Of a DNA stretch of 64,000 nt, positions 10,438-21,433 are shown in pieces. The first letter of the stretch is position 1. The number at the start of each line of letters is the position of its first letter. Both the position numbers and the translations under genes were made by a program. Location: the NCBI GenBank assembly GCA_965218585.1, contig CBDCLE010000010.1:64001-128000 (forward strand), read 5' to 3'. The notes beneath the pieces are model-generated. The model was not told the DNA's origin, did not search any database, and saw only the letters and a list, made by a program, of their open reading frames with translations. The stretch is from Terriglobia bacterium (GTDB lineage Bacteria > Acidobacteriota > Terriglobia > 20CM-2-55-15).

Positions 10438-10821
10438 ATGACCATACAACTCGACCACTTCATAGTGCCATCACGCGACGTCGATGCTGCGGCAAGGATA
10501 CTGGGAGAGCTTCTTGCGGCTCCGTGGGAAGGATCGCACGGAGGGTTGTTTTCTTATGTCTACGTTAACGACGGGTTGACGCTCAACTTCATCCAGGCCG
10601 GTGAACATCCTCCGATGCATCACTACTGCTTCCAGGTCAACGACGAAGAGTTTGATTCCATTCTCGATCGCCTCACCGAGGCCGGAATAGAGTATAGAAG
10701 CTCGCCGAAGGGGCCCACGGATATGCGAATCAACACTCGATACGGCGGACGCAATATCTACTGGGGAAATCCCGACAACCATGAATGGGAGATTCTGACC
10801 GTCAGTTATGCCCGACAATAG
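10438..10821 (+). CDS. VOC/glyoxalase family protein
   Basis: LDHFIVP, HYCFQV, GGRNIYW..PDNHEWEILT. Confidence 0.85.
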   Translation: MTIQLDHFIVPSRDVDAAARILGELLAAPWEGSHGGLFSYVYVNDGLTLNFIQAGEHPPMHHYCFQVNDEEFDSILDRLTEAGIEYRSSPKGPTDMRINTRYGGRNIYWGNPDNHEWEILTVSYARQ

Positions 10822-10831
10822 GCTCGTGCCT

Positions 10832-12394
10832 CTAACTTCGACGCTTCAGGAACGTATCGCGGAACTCTCCGACTTCCCGGCATCGGAGAAGAAAACAGCT
10901 CAGGAAGTAAACTCCGGCCGCGGCCCCGATCGTTGCCGACAGAGCGAAGACCTGCTGCGCGAACGCCTGGCCAAAATAGAAACCGGGCCGGTTGATCAAG
11001 ACATTCGCCGTCAATCCCAACGGAACGGATGCAACTAGAAAGCGCAAGAGCGAATCCACGATAGAACGCGCGTCGATACCCCCTTCCTTTCGGCTGAAGA
11101 TGACCAGCAACGCGATCGCGTTGAACACGCCCGCAAGAGACGTCGCCAGAGCCGGCCCTCCAACCTGGAGCGGCACGAAGAAGGCAAAGTTGAACACAAT
11201 GTTCAGGACCATGGCCACCGACGCAATTCGCACCGGCGTACGCGTGTCTTCCAGAGCATAGAAGGCAGGCACAATCACCTTGACCATTGAAAACGCCGAT
11301 AAACCCAGAGCGAAGAACAGAAGCGGCCAGGCCGTCAAAGTGGTCGAGGCCTGATCGAATTCCCCATGTTCAAAAAGAACTTCGATGATCGGCGTCCTGA
11401 GCACGATTAGTCCTACCGTCGAGGGAATCGTGATGAAGAGGATGATTCGAGAGGCAAAATTCAATGTGGAACGCATCTGCTCGATGCGCCCTGACGCCGC
11501 ATCGTGCGAGAGCATGGGCAGAACGACAGTGGCAATCGCAATGGCATACCCGCCCAGAACCAACTCCATCACCCGGTCGGACAGGTACAGAGCCATCTGC
11601 GGACCGTCGCCAGGAAGGAAAGAAGCGAACTGGCCACCGACGACAATATTGACTTGCACAACGCCGACTCCGACGACGACAGGTCCCATGAGCCGGACCG
11701 CACGACGGACGCCCTCGTTCGCGAAACCCAGACGCGGACGGAACCTCCAGCCGCTCTTCACGAGATGGGGAATCTGGATCGCGATCTGGGCAGCACCACC
11801 AACGACAACGCCGATCGCAAGTGCGCGTTCCGGACTCTCGAACAGATCAGTGACAAATGAAAAGGCAATAATGCTGATGTTTAACAGCACCGGTGCAAAC
11901 GCAGGTGCCGCGAACTTGTGAAAGCTGTTCAGAATCCCCATTGCAAGCGCTGAGAGGCTGACGAGAAAGATGTAGGGAAACATGATCCGCGTCAGGAGCG
12001 CCGTCATCTCGATCTTCCCGGGTGTATCGGCAAATCCATATGCGATCGCCCGAACCAACAGGGGTGCTGCGGCAATTCCAATGACGGTCACACCAGCCAT
12101 CAGGAGGGTGATGATCGTCAGCATCGAATTCGCAAACTCCCAGGCATCCTTGCGATGTTCTTCGCTGAGGTATTTTGAAAAGATCGGAATGAACGCCGCG
12201 CTCACGGCGCCTTCACCCACAAGCCGCCTCAGGAGATTGGGAATTCGATAGGCAATCGTGTAGGCATCGGCTTCGATACCTGCGCCGAGGAGAAACGCCA
12301 CTCTCTGGTCTCTGAAATAGCCGAAAACACGGCTGACGAGTGTAATGACGGTGATCAGTGAAGCCGAGCGGAGCAGCTTGCCTTGTTCGCTCAT
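10832..12394 (-). CDS. murJ: Lipid II flippase MurJ
   Basis: SRVFGYFRD, RIPNLLRRLVGEGA, about 14 TM segments. Confidence 0.95.
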   Translation of the reverse strand: MSEQGKLLRSASLITVITLVSRVFGYFRDQRVAFLLGAGIEADAYTIAYRIPNLLRRLVGEGAVSAAFIPIFSKYLSEEHRKDAWEFANSMLTIITLLMAGVTVIGIAAAPLLVRAIAYGFADTPGKIEMTALLTRIMFPYIFLVSLSALAMGILNSFHKFAAPAFAPVLLNISIIAFSFVTDLFESPERALAIGVVVGGAAQIAIQIPHLVKSGWRFRPRLGFANEGVRRAVRLMGPVVVGVGVVQVNIVVGGQFASFLPGDGPQMALYLSDRVMELVLGGYAIAIATVVLPMLSHDAASGRIEQMRSTLNFASRIILFITIPSTVGLIVLRTPIIEVLFEHGEFDQASTTLTAWPLLFFALGLSAFSMVKVIVPAFYALEDTRTPVRIASVAMVLNIVFNFAFFVPLQVGGPALATSLAGVFNAIALLVIFSRKEGGIDARSIVDSLLRFLVASVPLGLTANVLINRPGFYFGQAFAQQVFALSATIGAAAGVYFLSCFLLRCREVGEFRDTFLKRRS

Positions 12395-12484
12395 CTGGGC
12401 TGTTATACTAACAGTCTACGTACTATAAAAGGAACGGACACAGCATCTTATGCGGCATACAGGAAGACGGGAGGTCCCCTCGGA

Positions 12485-13492
12485 GTGAAACTCGAAGTCA
12501 TCGCTGAAAAACTCGGATGCGCGCTCGACGGCGATCCCGAAACAGAAATCACGGGTGTGTCGGGAATCGAAGAGGCCGGGCCGGACCAGTTGACCTTCGT
12601 TTCGAACCGCAAGTACGCAGCCAATGCCCGAACCGCTCAAGCTGGTGCGATTCTTGTCACCGAAGACTTCCCCAAACTTCAAACGCCCACTCTCCGAACG
12701 CCCAATCCCTACCTGGCGTTCGCGCGATCAATCGAACTGTTCTACACGCCTCCGCAACGGAAGGCGAGCATCGATCGAACGGCACGTATTGCTGCATCGG
12801 CCAACATCGGCCCCAACGCATCGGTTGGCCCGTATGCAGTCATAGAAGACGACGTTGAGATCGGCAGCGATGCCACGATTGGCCCGTTCACACACATTGC
12901 CAAGGGAACCCGGATCGGGGAGAGCTTTCGAACCTACTCCCACGTCTCTGTCCGTGAATATTCCCTCATCGGCAACAACGTCATCCTCCAGGACGGAGCG
13001 CGGATCGGGTCAGACGGATACGGCTACGCAAAACAAGATGACGGCAGTTATTACAAGATCGTCCAGTCCGGCATCGTCGTCCTTGAAGACGATGTCGAAG
13101 TTGGCGCGAACGCGACCATCGACCGTGCTACGGTCGGAGAGACACGCATACGGCGGGGAGCTAAGATCGACAACCTGGTTCAGGTCGGCCACGCTTCCGT
13201 CGTCGGGAAAAACACGTTGCTCTGTGCTCAGGTCGGACTGGGAGGCAGTTCCAAAATTGGTAAGGACGTCGTTCTCACCGGGCAAGTCGGCGTCGCCGGA
13301 CATCTGGAAATCGGTGACGGCGTCATCGCCACTGCACAGACCGGCATCCCCAACTCCGTGGAAGCCGGAACGATGGTCTCGGGATATCCGGCGATCGAAA
13401 ACCGCCTCTGGCTGAAATGTTCCGCCGTCTTCAAACGACTCCCCGAACTCCTCAAGCGAATCGAAGCTCTCGAAAAATCAAAACCCCGCTAG
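12485..13492 (+). CDS. lpxD: UDP-3-O-acyl-glucosamine N-acyltransferase
   Basis: Hexapeptide repeats, IGSDGYGY, KIDNLVQVGH, GQVGVAGH. GTG start at 12485. Confidence 0.95.
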   Translation: MKLEVIAEKLGCALDGDPETEITGVSGIEEAGPDQLTFVSNRKYAANARTAQAGAILVTEDFPKLQTPTLRTPNPYLAFARSIELFYTPPQRKASIDRTARIAASANIGPNASVGPYAVIEDDVEIGSDATIGPFTHIAKGTRIGESFRTYSHVSVREYSLIGNNVILQDGARIGSDGYGYAKQDDGSYYKIVQSGIVVLEDDVEVGANATIDRATVGETRIRRGAKIDNLVQVGHASVVGKNTLLCAQVGLGGSSKIGKDVVLTGQVGVAGHLEIGDGVIATAQTGIPNSVEAGTMVSGYPAIENRLWLKCSAVFKRLPELLKRIEALEKSKPR

Positions 13493-13505
13493 AGAAACAT
13501 TTTTT

Positions 13506-13653
13506 CAACGCAGAGGCGCAGAGACACAAAGGGGAATAAGTTAGGTTGCCTACATCCTGCCATATCAAAGTCCTGGGGTTTATCAACAACTCCACCGGAA
13601 CATTAAGAGTTACAAGAGCCAAATCCTCTGCGTTCTCTGCGTCTCTGCGGTTG
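13506..13653. repeat. Inverted pair of CGCAGAG-type short repeats (REP/MITE-like)
   Basis: CAACGCAGAGGCGCAGAGACACAAAGG versus CCTCTGCGTTCTCTGCGTCTCTGCGGTTG, flanking a lower-GC spacer. Confidence 0.6.
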
Positions 13654-13775
13654 GTCTCCTCAGCCACGGAAACCCTATGTCTCGGCAACGCAAATTTCTC
13701 ACAACCTGCTGACTGATTGAGATCTCCGCAGTCTAATCCTAGTGACGGCGCACCGGACTCCATAGGGGGACTCTG

Positions 13776-14567
13776 ATGAAGTTCATCGTAACGACGTTAT
13801 TGGCTCTCGTTCTGACTGTTCCAACCCTGGCCCAGCGGCCTCTTGAAGGCAATCCGAGCTCCCGCTCTGCGGGGAGAACGTCTGAGGGCGCCTTCGATAT
13901 TTACGCACGTATAGACGGCGAGGTGTTCCTTTACATCAAAGGGACCGACCTCACTCATCTCATCGTGAGCGGCGGGCCACCGAGGGTCGACCGCACCACT
14001 TATTCTCAGTCGATTCCCGAGGCGGCGTTCGGGATTTTCGAACTCGATAAGATCGATGGCCGCGGGAGGGTCCAGCTGTTTGAAGCGCCTCTCCCCAGCA
14101 ACGACTACACAGCGATCATTCGGATTCATGACGAGGATTCAGGCCCTGACTCCTACCACCTTCGACTCAACTGGACCTGGAACCCGGATGATCCGACTCG
14201 ACCGCCGCGTGGGGGCGACACCGGAAATTTCTCCCGGATCGATTCGCCGCGGTTCTACGAGCCTCGCGAGGGACACTTCGACTTCAGCGGGCGGGTAGAC
14301 CAGATCACGGCCGTTACCATAAGGGGCCAGCGGGCGCGAAGCGAGGATTTCGCCGGCCGTCAACTTCGTAACGGACACTTTGATCTGTCCAGCCCCCTTC
14401 CCTCCTCTCCAATGGACATTGAATTGGTCAACGTTCGTGGCCGGGGCAGAGTGGAGTTGATGGAAAAACCATGGGAAGGCAACGGATACACGGCTGTGGT
14501 CCTGATCGAAGACGAGCGGGGAGGAGCAGCTGACTACAGTTTTAATCTGGTATGGCGTCGGCGATAG
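13776..14567 (+). CDS. Secreted protein with two repeats of an unknown beta-rich domain
   Basis: Signal peptide. The pattern R(I/V)D...GRGRV.L.E.P...N.YTA(I/V).I.D...G...Y...L.W occurs twice. Confidence 0.7.
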   Translation: MKFIVTTLLALVLTVPTLAQRPLEGNPSSRSAGRTSEGAFDIYARIDGEVFLYIKGTDLTHLIVSGGPPRVDRTTYSQSIPEAAFGIFELDKIDGRGRVQLFEAPLPSNDYTAIIRIHDEDSGPDSYHLRLNWTWNPDDPTRPPRGGDTGNFSRIDSPRFYEPREGHFDFSGRVDQITAVTIRGQRARSEDFAGRQLRNGHFDLSSPLPSSPMDIELVNVRGRGRVELMEKPWEGNGYTAVVLIEDERGGAADYSFNLVWRRR

Positions 14568-14579
14568 GCGTTAGTCTAA

Positions 14580-16640
14580 TCATGTCGAGACGACTACTTC
14601 TGAGATATCTGCCACCTCAAGAAAGGTATCGAACAGGCTTCTTAAAAGGTTTATCCGGCGTTGCCGGATTGCGGCGTCCTCGTGCATGACCAGAATCTTG
14701 TCGAAGAAATCATCCACAGTTGATCGCAGAGAAGCCATGGCTTCAAGGGCTGAGGCGTAGTCCCCAGCCTCGGCCCATTGCTTCACCTTGGGTCGGATCT
14801 CGTCTATCCGGCTGGCAAGAACCGACTCCTCAGGTTCTATTCCCTCATCGGTCGCGGGTTTCGATGCTTTCGCTGCGGCGTCCGACTGTTTCAGTATGTT
14901 CTTGATTCGCTTGAACGCTGCGGCGAGCGCGAGAAAGTCGAGGCTCTCCCGAATTGAGTGCACAGCCTGGACTCGATCCAGGACGCTGGCTGGATTGTCG
15001 GAATCCGTTGCGAGGACCGCATTGACCTCGTCATAGGCGAATCCGCAGCGGCCCAGAATATGGCGCATGCGATCTTCATAAAAGGAACGGAGCGCATCCC
15101 TCGCCTCGGCCTCCAGCCGCGAGTCGGCTTCCATCGCTGCCCCAAGCGAGAAAGCGATATCGTGATCCAACAGTATCTTGATAACTCCCTGCGTATGGCG
15201 CCGCAAACTCAAAGGATCTTCCGAACCGGTGGGGATCAAGCCGACTGAAAAACACCCAAAGAGGGTGTCGAGTTTGTCCGTCAACGCGAGGATGATCCCA
15301 GCCCGGGAACGGGGAGAATCTTCCTCAAGGCTCCGGGGACGGTAATGATCATAGATTGCTTCGGCTACCTCTTCGGGGGCACCTTCCCGTCTGGCGTAGA
15401 GTCCCCCGACAACCCCCTGGAGGTCCGGAAACTCTCCGACCAGATCCGTCATCAGGTCGGTTTTCGACCAACGGACGACCTTGTCCAGAACTTCGTCGTC
15501 GATTCCGCTTCCCGTGATCTGATTGAGGGCACGGGCCAGAGAGATCATCCGGTCAATCTTGTCCTTGTAGGTCCCCAGGGCCTTATGGAAGACGATGGTG
15601 TCGAGTGAGGGGACGCGTTGCTCGAGAGTTTGTTTTCCGTCCACTTCCCAGAAAAAGAGCGCATCACTCAGTCGCGCTCGCAGAACGCGTTCGTGTCCCT
15701 TCCGAATCAGCCCCTTCGTGTCACCGCGCGTGTTGATGACCGCCAGGAAATTCGGACGGAGAACACCCGCCTCATTTTCGACGGCAAAATACTTCTGGTG
15801 TTCTCTCATTACGGTGATCAGGACTTCGGCAGGCAGACCGAGAAAGCGTTCTTCGAATTCGCCGGCAATCACGGTGGGGTACTCATTGATGTAGATGACT
15901 TCTTCCAGCAACTTGTTGTCGGGGATGAGCCGTCCGCCGAGCATATCGGCAGCCGCACGCAGCTCGGATTCCACTTTCTCCCGCCGCACGGTCTGGGAAA
16001 CAAGAACACCGTTCTCTTCGAGCCGTTCCAGATAGTCCTTGAAGCTGCGGACCCGAACCGACTGGCTCCCGAGAACGCGATGGCCGGCTGATGAGGTGCC
16101 CGATCGGACGCCATACAGCTCCAGTGGAAGCGCGTTTTGGCCATGGAGCGCGATAACCCAGCGGACGGGGCGGGCAAACCTCTCGGCGCGGTCCGCCCAG
16201 AACATCGTCTTATGGAATGTCAGAGATCGCACAAGTTCGGGGATCGCTTCAGACAACACGTCCGGAGCGGCTTTTCCCCCGACCTCCGACTCAAAACCCA
16301 TGTACTTGCCCCGCTCAGTCTCAAACACTTTCAACCGATCGAGGGCGACGCCGGATTTCTTCGCAAACCCCTCGAGAGCCTTCGAAGCCTTCCCGTCCTT
16401 GAATGCGATCTTTTCCGGTGGACCCAGCGTCGTGACCATCTCGGTCTTCTGCGAACCGGCCAGGTCGTTTACGTGGACGACCAGTCGACGGGCAGACCCG
16501 AAGGTTTCAATACTGTCGAAATCGAGCTTGGAATTCGCCAGCAGTTCCTCGAATTTCTGTTTCAGTTCGCCGAGTACCGGGCCCATCGAGCGCGCAGGGA
16601 TTTCTTCGCACCCGACCTCCAGAAGGAATTCACTACCCAT
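14580..16640 (-). CDS. glyS: Glycine-tRNA ligase beta subunit
   Basis: [38 protein letters not shown]. Overlaps the glyQ stop. Confidence 0.95.
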   Translation of the reverse strand: MGSEFLLEVGCEEIPARSMGPVLGELKQKFEELLANSKLDFDSIETFGSARRLVVHVNDLAGSQKTEMVTTLGPPEKIAFKDGKASKALEGFAKKSGVALDRLKVFETERGKYMGFESEVGGKAAPDVLSEAIPELVRSLTFHKTMFWADRAERFARPVRWVIALHGQNALPLELYGVRSGTSSAGHRVLGSQSVRVRSFKDYLERLEENGVLVSQTVRREKVESELRAAADMLGGRLIPDNKLLEEVIYINEYPTVIAGEFEERFLGLPAEVLITVMREHQKYFAVENEAGVLRPNFLAVINTRGDTKGLIRKGHERVLRARLSDALFFWEVDGKQTLEQRVPSLDTIVFHKALGTYKDKIDRMISLARALNQITGSGIDDEVLDKVVRWSKTDLMTDLVGEFPDLQGVVGGLYARREGAPEEVAEAIYDHYRPRSLEEDSPRSRAGIILALTDKLDTLFGCFSVGLIPTGSEDPLSLRRHTQGVIKILLDHDIAFSLGAAMEADSRLEAEARDALRSFYEDRMRHILGRCGFAYDEVNAVLATDSDNPASVLDRVQAVHSIRESLDFLALAAAFKRIKNILKQSDAAAKASKPATDEGIEPEESVLASRIDEIRPKVKQWAEAGDYASALEAMASLRSTVDDFFDKILVMHEDAAIRQRRINLLRSLFDTFLEVADISEVVVST

Positions 16641-17529
16641 CGAAAAACTCTCCGGACTGCGTGTCTTTAAGTAATGGAAAACCTGCCTCTTCGCGGCTCT
16701 CCAGGTACGCCCGCGCCACGCCGCCAATGAGTTTGCGGACACGTCCCAGCATATGAACTCTTTCGGTCGGGCTAATTGCGCCTCGCGCGTCAAGGATGTT
16801 GAAAATGTGAGAACACTTCAGGCAGTTCTCATAGGCCGGAAGAACCAGTCCTTCCTTCATCAAACGTTCAACTTCCTTCTCGAACTCATCAAAAATCCTG
16901 GAGTAACGATCGATGTCGGCGATTTCGAAATAGTACTTCGAGAACTCGACTTCGTCACGATGGCGAACTTCCCCATAACTGATTTCGTCATTCCAGGGGA
17001 CGTCAAAGACGTTATCGACATCGTTCAAATACATCGCAATGCGTTCCAGACCGTAAGTGATCTCTCCGGAAATGGGCATCAGGTCCAAGCCTCCCACCTG
17101 CTGGAAGTATGTGAACTGCGTGATCTCCTGACCGTCGAGCATGACTTGCCACCCTACCCCGGTGGCCCCGCCCATAGGCCATTCCCAGTTGTCTTCTTCG
17201 AACTTTATGTCGTGTTCGTCCAGTCTTACGCCCATAGCCGTCAGAGACTCCAGATAGATCATCTGTATGTCGTCGGGAGGCGGTTTCAGGATGACCTGGA
17301 GCTGATGGTGTTTCTCCAGACGGTTGGGATTCTCTCCATAACGACCGTCGACGGGACGCCTGGAAGGTTCAACGTAGGCCACACGGTAGGGCTCGGGCCC
17401 GAGCGCCCTTAGAAAGGTTTCCGGATGCATCGTCCCGGCACCCACTTCCACGTCGTACGGCTGTTGCAGAATGCACCCCTGTTTCCCCCAGAAGTCCATC
17501 AAAGACTGAATAAGGTCCTGAAAATTCAT
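16633..17529 (-). CDS. glyQ: Glycine-tRNA ligase alpha subunit
   Basis: [35 protein letters not shown]. Confidence 0.97.
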   Translation of the reverse strand: MNFQDLIQSLMDFWGKQGCILQQPYDVEVGAGTMHPETFLRALGPEPYRVAYVEPSRRPVDGRYGENPNRLEKHHQLQVILKPPPDDIQMIYLESLTAMGVRLDEHDIKFEEDNWEWPMGGATGVGWQVMLDGQEITQFTYFQQVGGLDLMPISGEITYGLERIAMYLNDVDNVFDVPWNDEISYGEVRHRDEVEFSKYYFEIADIDRYSRIFDEFEKEVERLMKEGLVLPAYENCLKCSHIFNILDARGAISPTERVHMLGRVRKLIGGVARAYLESREEAGFPLLKDTQSGEFFDG

Positions 17530-18233
17530 CTTTCGAAATAGCGCTCGATCCAGATCTTATTGAGTTGCTGAACATGTTGAAGTCCCTCCACTCGGGGCGG
17601 CTTCTCTTCAGCACTCAAAGACCGTGTCATGATCCAATAAAAGGCTTCGACTGTCTCGGGCGGCACCTCGGTTCCCTGACCGTGGCCACAGTCGTTGCAG
17701 GCCAATCGGTTCAGGCCGGGCAAAAACACCCTGGCGTCTTCCATCGCCAATTCTTTCCCACACTTCGAACACCTGAAAACATCTGGAAAAACTCCTGCCA
17801 GCTTCAACATCCAGACTTCGAAATAGGACCTGGCCAGATCCAAAGGACACCCCGTCACAAGGCTCTCTCGTGCCAGGCCGAAAAGTCTGAAGACCGCATC
17901 CTGAACTTCGTGGTCTGGAAGAAAACGATCAACGAGGTCCGCCACGTGCGACGCGAGCAAGGCGCGGTCGTAGTCCTCAAACAGTTTCATCGGAGAGTCG
18001 ATCAATTCGGACGACCGTATCCGGACCAACTCCACGGTCTCCTTCTGAAAGAACGTCACCTTCGAGCGGGCCAGAGGTTCTAGGGAGGCACCGAAGCGGC
18101 TCTTGAGCCGTCGAACGCCGTTCGCCACGCCTCGGATTTTTCCGTAGTCGCGACTGAAAAACACGACAATGCGGTCTGCCTCTGCGAGGGGATACGTCTT
18201 TAGTATGATGGAATCGCTCTCAAACAGGGGCAT
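17526..18233 (-). CDS. recO: DNA repair protein RecO
   Basis: [14 protein letters not shown], CxxC...CxxC zinc finger, directly upstream of glyQ. Confidence 0.92.
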   Translation of the reverse strand: MPLFESDSIILKTYPLAEADRIVVFFSRDYGKIRGVANGVRRLKSRFGASLEPLARSKVTFFQKETVELVRIRSSELIDSPMKLFEDYDRALLASHVADLVDRFLPDHEVQDAVFRLFGLARESLVTGCPLDLARSYFEVWMLKLAGVFPDVFRCSKCGKELAMEDARVFLPGLNRLACNDCGHGQGTEVPPETVEAFYWIMTRSLSAEEKPPRVEGLQHVQQLNKIWIERYFER

Positions 18234-18277
18234 AGCCGCTCATAGCCATCGGCTACCGATGAATCTCTGATTTAAAC

Positions 18278-19234
18278 ATGTCCAACCAACCCAGCGCCAC
18301 CACGATTCCCCGTTTTGATGTTGTCGGTCTCGGGTTGAATGCGATGGACTACATCACAGTATTACCGAGATTTCCCCAGCCTCACACCAAGGTTCCGATC
18401 CAGGAAGTCCGCCTGGAACCCGGCGGACAGGTGGCCACGGCACTGGCGACGTGCTGCCGGTTGGGCCTGGGCGGCTGCTACATAGGCTCTGTAGGCTCGG
18501 ACCACCTGGGCACGATCCAAATGGAAAGCCTCCGCCGGGAAGGAATCGACACTTCACTGGTGCGTGTCGTCGAGGGAGCTACCAGTCAGTTGGCGTTTGC
18601 ACTTGTCGAAGATGGGATCGGCGAACGAACCATCCTGTGGCACCGTGATCCGAAGCTCGTTTTTCCTCCGTCCGATCTTACCCGCGCTGCGGTCACCGCA
18701 GGACGCATCCTCCACCTGGACGGTCACGACAGCGGGGCGGCACTTCAGGCTGCCAAATGGGCCCGGGAGGCTAGCATTCCAGTGGTCATCGACATCGATC
18801 AGATCTACGATTCGACGACCGTGGAACTGCTCGCCCTCGTGGACTACCTGATTGCGGCAGAGGATTTCGCCCGAAACCTGACGGGCCGTGATGACGATGA
18901 AGGCGCATTGAGAGAACTGGCTGCGCGTTTTCCTCAGGCGCGAACAGGAATTACTCTTGGAGCGCGGGGCGCCATCTTCCTCGATGACGACGGGACTGTC
19001 CTGCGTTCTCCGGCCTTCGACGTTGCAGTCCGAGACACGACCGGTGCCGGTGACGTCTTTCACGGTGCGTTTATATTTGGAGTTCTCAAGGGTTGGGACC
19101 TCGACCGGATCGTCCGTTTTGCTCACGCGGCGGCTGCGATTAAGTGCACCGAGCTGGGGGCCCGGACCGGAATACCGAGTCTGGGGGGGATCGAAGATTT
19201 CCTGAAGACAGCTCGGGAACGAGTGCTCGACTGA
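18278..19234 (+). CDS. PfkB family carbohydrate kinase
   Basis: GGQVATA and DTTGAGDVFHG. Confidence 0.9.
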   Translation: MSNQPSATTIPRFDVVGLGLNAMDYITVLPRFPQPHTKVPIQEVRLEPGGQVATALATCCRLGLGGCYIGSVGSDHLGTIQMESLRREGIDTSLVRVVEGATSQLAFALVEDGIGERTILWHRDPKLVFPPSDLTRAAVTAGRILHLDGHDSGAALQAAKWAREASIPVVIDIDQIYDSTTVELLALVDYLIAAEDFARNLTGRDDDEGALRELAARFPQARTGITLGARGAIFLDDDGTVLRSPAFDVAVRDTTGAGDVFHGAFIFGVLKGWDLDRIVRFAHAAAAIKCTELGARTGIPSLGGIEDFLKTARERVLD

Positions 19235-19252
19235 GGGCTGTGGGCCGAGGCT

Positions 19253-20479
19253 CTATTCGCCTCGGAAGGGTTCTCGTTTGAATTGGCGCGCTTCGTCCAT
19301 CAAATTGTCGGCACAATCCAGGGACAGGACCATATCGTATTCTGCAATCGCCCGCCCGCGCTCCTGCATCGCGTCGTAGACCTTACCGATCCAGAGGTGC
19401 GCACGACCCTTTACATCCACGTTCTCGCTGTCCACGAGCGAGCTAAAGGCTTCCAGGGCCTCGTCCAGATCCGAGCGACGAACGTTGACCTCTCCGATCT
19501 TGAAAACGATGGGTTCGGGGTCCAGACGATCGTAATCATCTTCGCCTGTGACGACCTTGGTCAGGACGGTCTCATAGGTCTCGATCGCCTCTTCCCATGA
19601 CTCCAGGCGCTCGTATACCGAAGCCTTGTTGGTCTCCAGAAGGGCGTTTCGAGGATACCGGGCATGCAGATCCTGGAGAATAGCCAGAGACTTCTCGAAT
19701 TCCCGCTCGCGATTGTAGACGGTGACCAGAACGATCTTTGCGTTGGTCTGCGCGCGATCACCAAGTCGGGCTGCATACTCCAGCTCCTGAATGCCACCTT
19801 CCTTGTCGCCACCCCGGACTCCGAAAACACCCAGGACGAAACGGAGAAATCCCGGGATCACGCCAACGATGTAGTCGTAGGTTCCGATCGTCAGCCGAGC
19901 ATCGTTGTAAGAGGGATCCAGCTGCAGGACCCTCAGGTGGGCTTCGCGCGCTTTCTTGGCGGCGCTGTTGGCTGCAAGGTAGCCACGCTTGACGGTGGCC
20001 TCAAAAGCGGCGAGCATCCCATAGGCCACGCCCTGTGCGTAGAGTGCGTCTATGTCGTCCTCATCCTCTTCGAGCCTGGTCTCGGCGATTTCGATAGCGC
20101 GATCCAGAATTTCACGGAGCCGCGCTTCGGTCTCGGAATCCACTCGGTCGTTGGAGCCATCGCCGCCTAAACGGTTCCCCATATACCTGTCGAGTCCGAG
20201 TTTTTCCTGTTCGTATAAGAGCTTGAGCCAGATCGAGGAGGCCAGCAGGTTCCAGAGTCGCGGATTTTCCGGATTCTCATCCACCAGGACCTGCAACTTT
20301 GCCTCGGCTACTTCAAAATCGAGGCTGTACAATGCTTCAATGACCTCCGGAGGAACCAAATCCGGCTGGGACGCGACTTCCTGGCCTTGGGCCGGTCCGG
20401 CGTAAACCAATCCAAAGGACAAGACGAGAAACAGCGCCAGGGCCCGGCGGACTGCAATGATCCCTTTTCGAGACAACAT
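19253..20479 (-). CDS. Exported tetratricopeptide-repeat protein
   Basis: Signal peptide (ALALFLVL..AQG) and helical TPR-like repeats. Start uncertain. Confidence 0.75.
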   Translation of the reverse strand: MLSRKGIIAVRRALALFLVLSFGLVYAGPAQGQEVASQPDLVPPEVIEALYSLDFEVAEAKLQVLVDENPENPRLWNLLASSIWLKLLYEQEKLGLDRYMGNRLGGDGSNDRVDSETEARLREILDRAIEIAETRLEEDEDDIDALYAQGVAYGMLAAFEATVKRGYLAANSAAKKAREAHLRVLQLDPSYNDARLTIGTYDYIVGVIPGFLRFVLGVFGVRGGDKEGGIQELEYAARLGDRAQTNAKIVLVTVYNREREFEKSLAILQDLHARYPRNALLETNKASVYERLESWEEAIETYETVLTKVVTGEDDYDRLDPEPIVFKIGEVNVRRSDLDEALEAFSSLVDSENVDVKGRAHLWIGKVYDAMQERGRAIAEYDMVLSLDCADNLMDEARQFKREPFRGE

Positions 20480-21152
20480 TCGCTCTAGAACGACGCCGTT
20501 TGTCACAGTGGCTCTCATTGTCGTCAATTCACTCATCTTCCTCTACGAACTCTCTCTCGGATCGGATCTCGAGGCCTTTTTCTTCAGCTATGGTGTTGTT
20601 CCAAATAATGTATTCCAATGGCCCGCCTCAGGGCAATCTTTTGCGTCAATCACCGTTCCCTATTTGACGTCCATGTTCCTGCACGGTGGTTGGTTCCATC
20701 TGATCGGTAACATGTGGTACCTGTGGATCTTCGGGGACAACGTCGAAGATCGGTTGGGACACGGCCGGTTTCTCCTCTTCTATTTACTGGCCGGACTCGG
20801 TGCCGGCTTCATCCACACCGGTGTCAACTACTACGTCGAAATTCCCAGTGTAGGCGCGAGCGGAGCTATCGCCGGTGTCCTGGGAGCCTACCTTCTGCTG
20901 TATCCCTTTGCGCGTGTCCTGACCCTCATCCCGATATTCTTCTTCTGGCAAGTCATCGAGATTCCGGCTCTTATTGTCCTCGGCCTCTGGTTCGTCATGC
21001 AATTTCTCTCGGGCACGAGTTCCCTGGCCGTTGCCGACGCCTCGTCCGGCGGCGTGGCCTGGTGGGCCCATATTGGCGGATTCCTCGTTGGCATGGTCCT
21101 GCTCGCCGTATTCCGCCGGCCGAAGCGGGGCCCAACGTTACTTAAGGCTTAG
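20457..21152 (+). CDS. Rhomboid intramembrane serine protease
   Basis: MIPFRD, SMFLHGG..HLIGNM, GASG, AHIGGF. Confidence 0.93.
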   Translation: MIPFRDNIRSRTTPFVTVALIVVNSLIFLYELSLGSDLEAFFFSYGVVPNNVFQWPASGQSFASITVPYLTSMFLHGGWFHLIGNMWYLWIFGDNVEDRLGHGRFLLFYLLAGLGAGFIHTGVNYYVEIPSVGASGAIAGVLGAYLLLYPFARVLTLIPIFFFWQVIEIPALIVLGLWFVMQFLSGTSSLAVADASSGGVAWWAHIGGFLVGMVLLAVFRRPKRGPTLLKA

Positions 21153-21433
21153 ACGGGGATTTGGTCGATCGGGTACCAACGGGGAGGGTGGGACGGTTCC
21201 AGACTTGGCATGTGATGCGTCAGAAGCAGCCCTGAACCGCCTCGTTGTCCCCCCGCACGGGCGACCCGTGCGGGGCCTTCTGCAATGCCCGCCACGTTCC
21301 ACTGTGTCCCCAGAAAGGGCTTGCGATCAGGATGATCGCGAGCTCGCCGGTCGTTCGGACAGGATGTCCGATTGAACGACCGAGCGCAATCTTCGTTGGC
21401 GGTTAAGCCGCTATCAGAAGTTGGAGAAGACCT

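Noticed and set aside
21153-21430. GC-rich intergenic stretch with the hairpin CCCCGCACGGGCGACCCGTGCGGGG
   Set aside because: Best explained as a terminator or REP between convergent genes. No convincing ORF.
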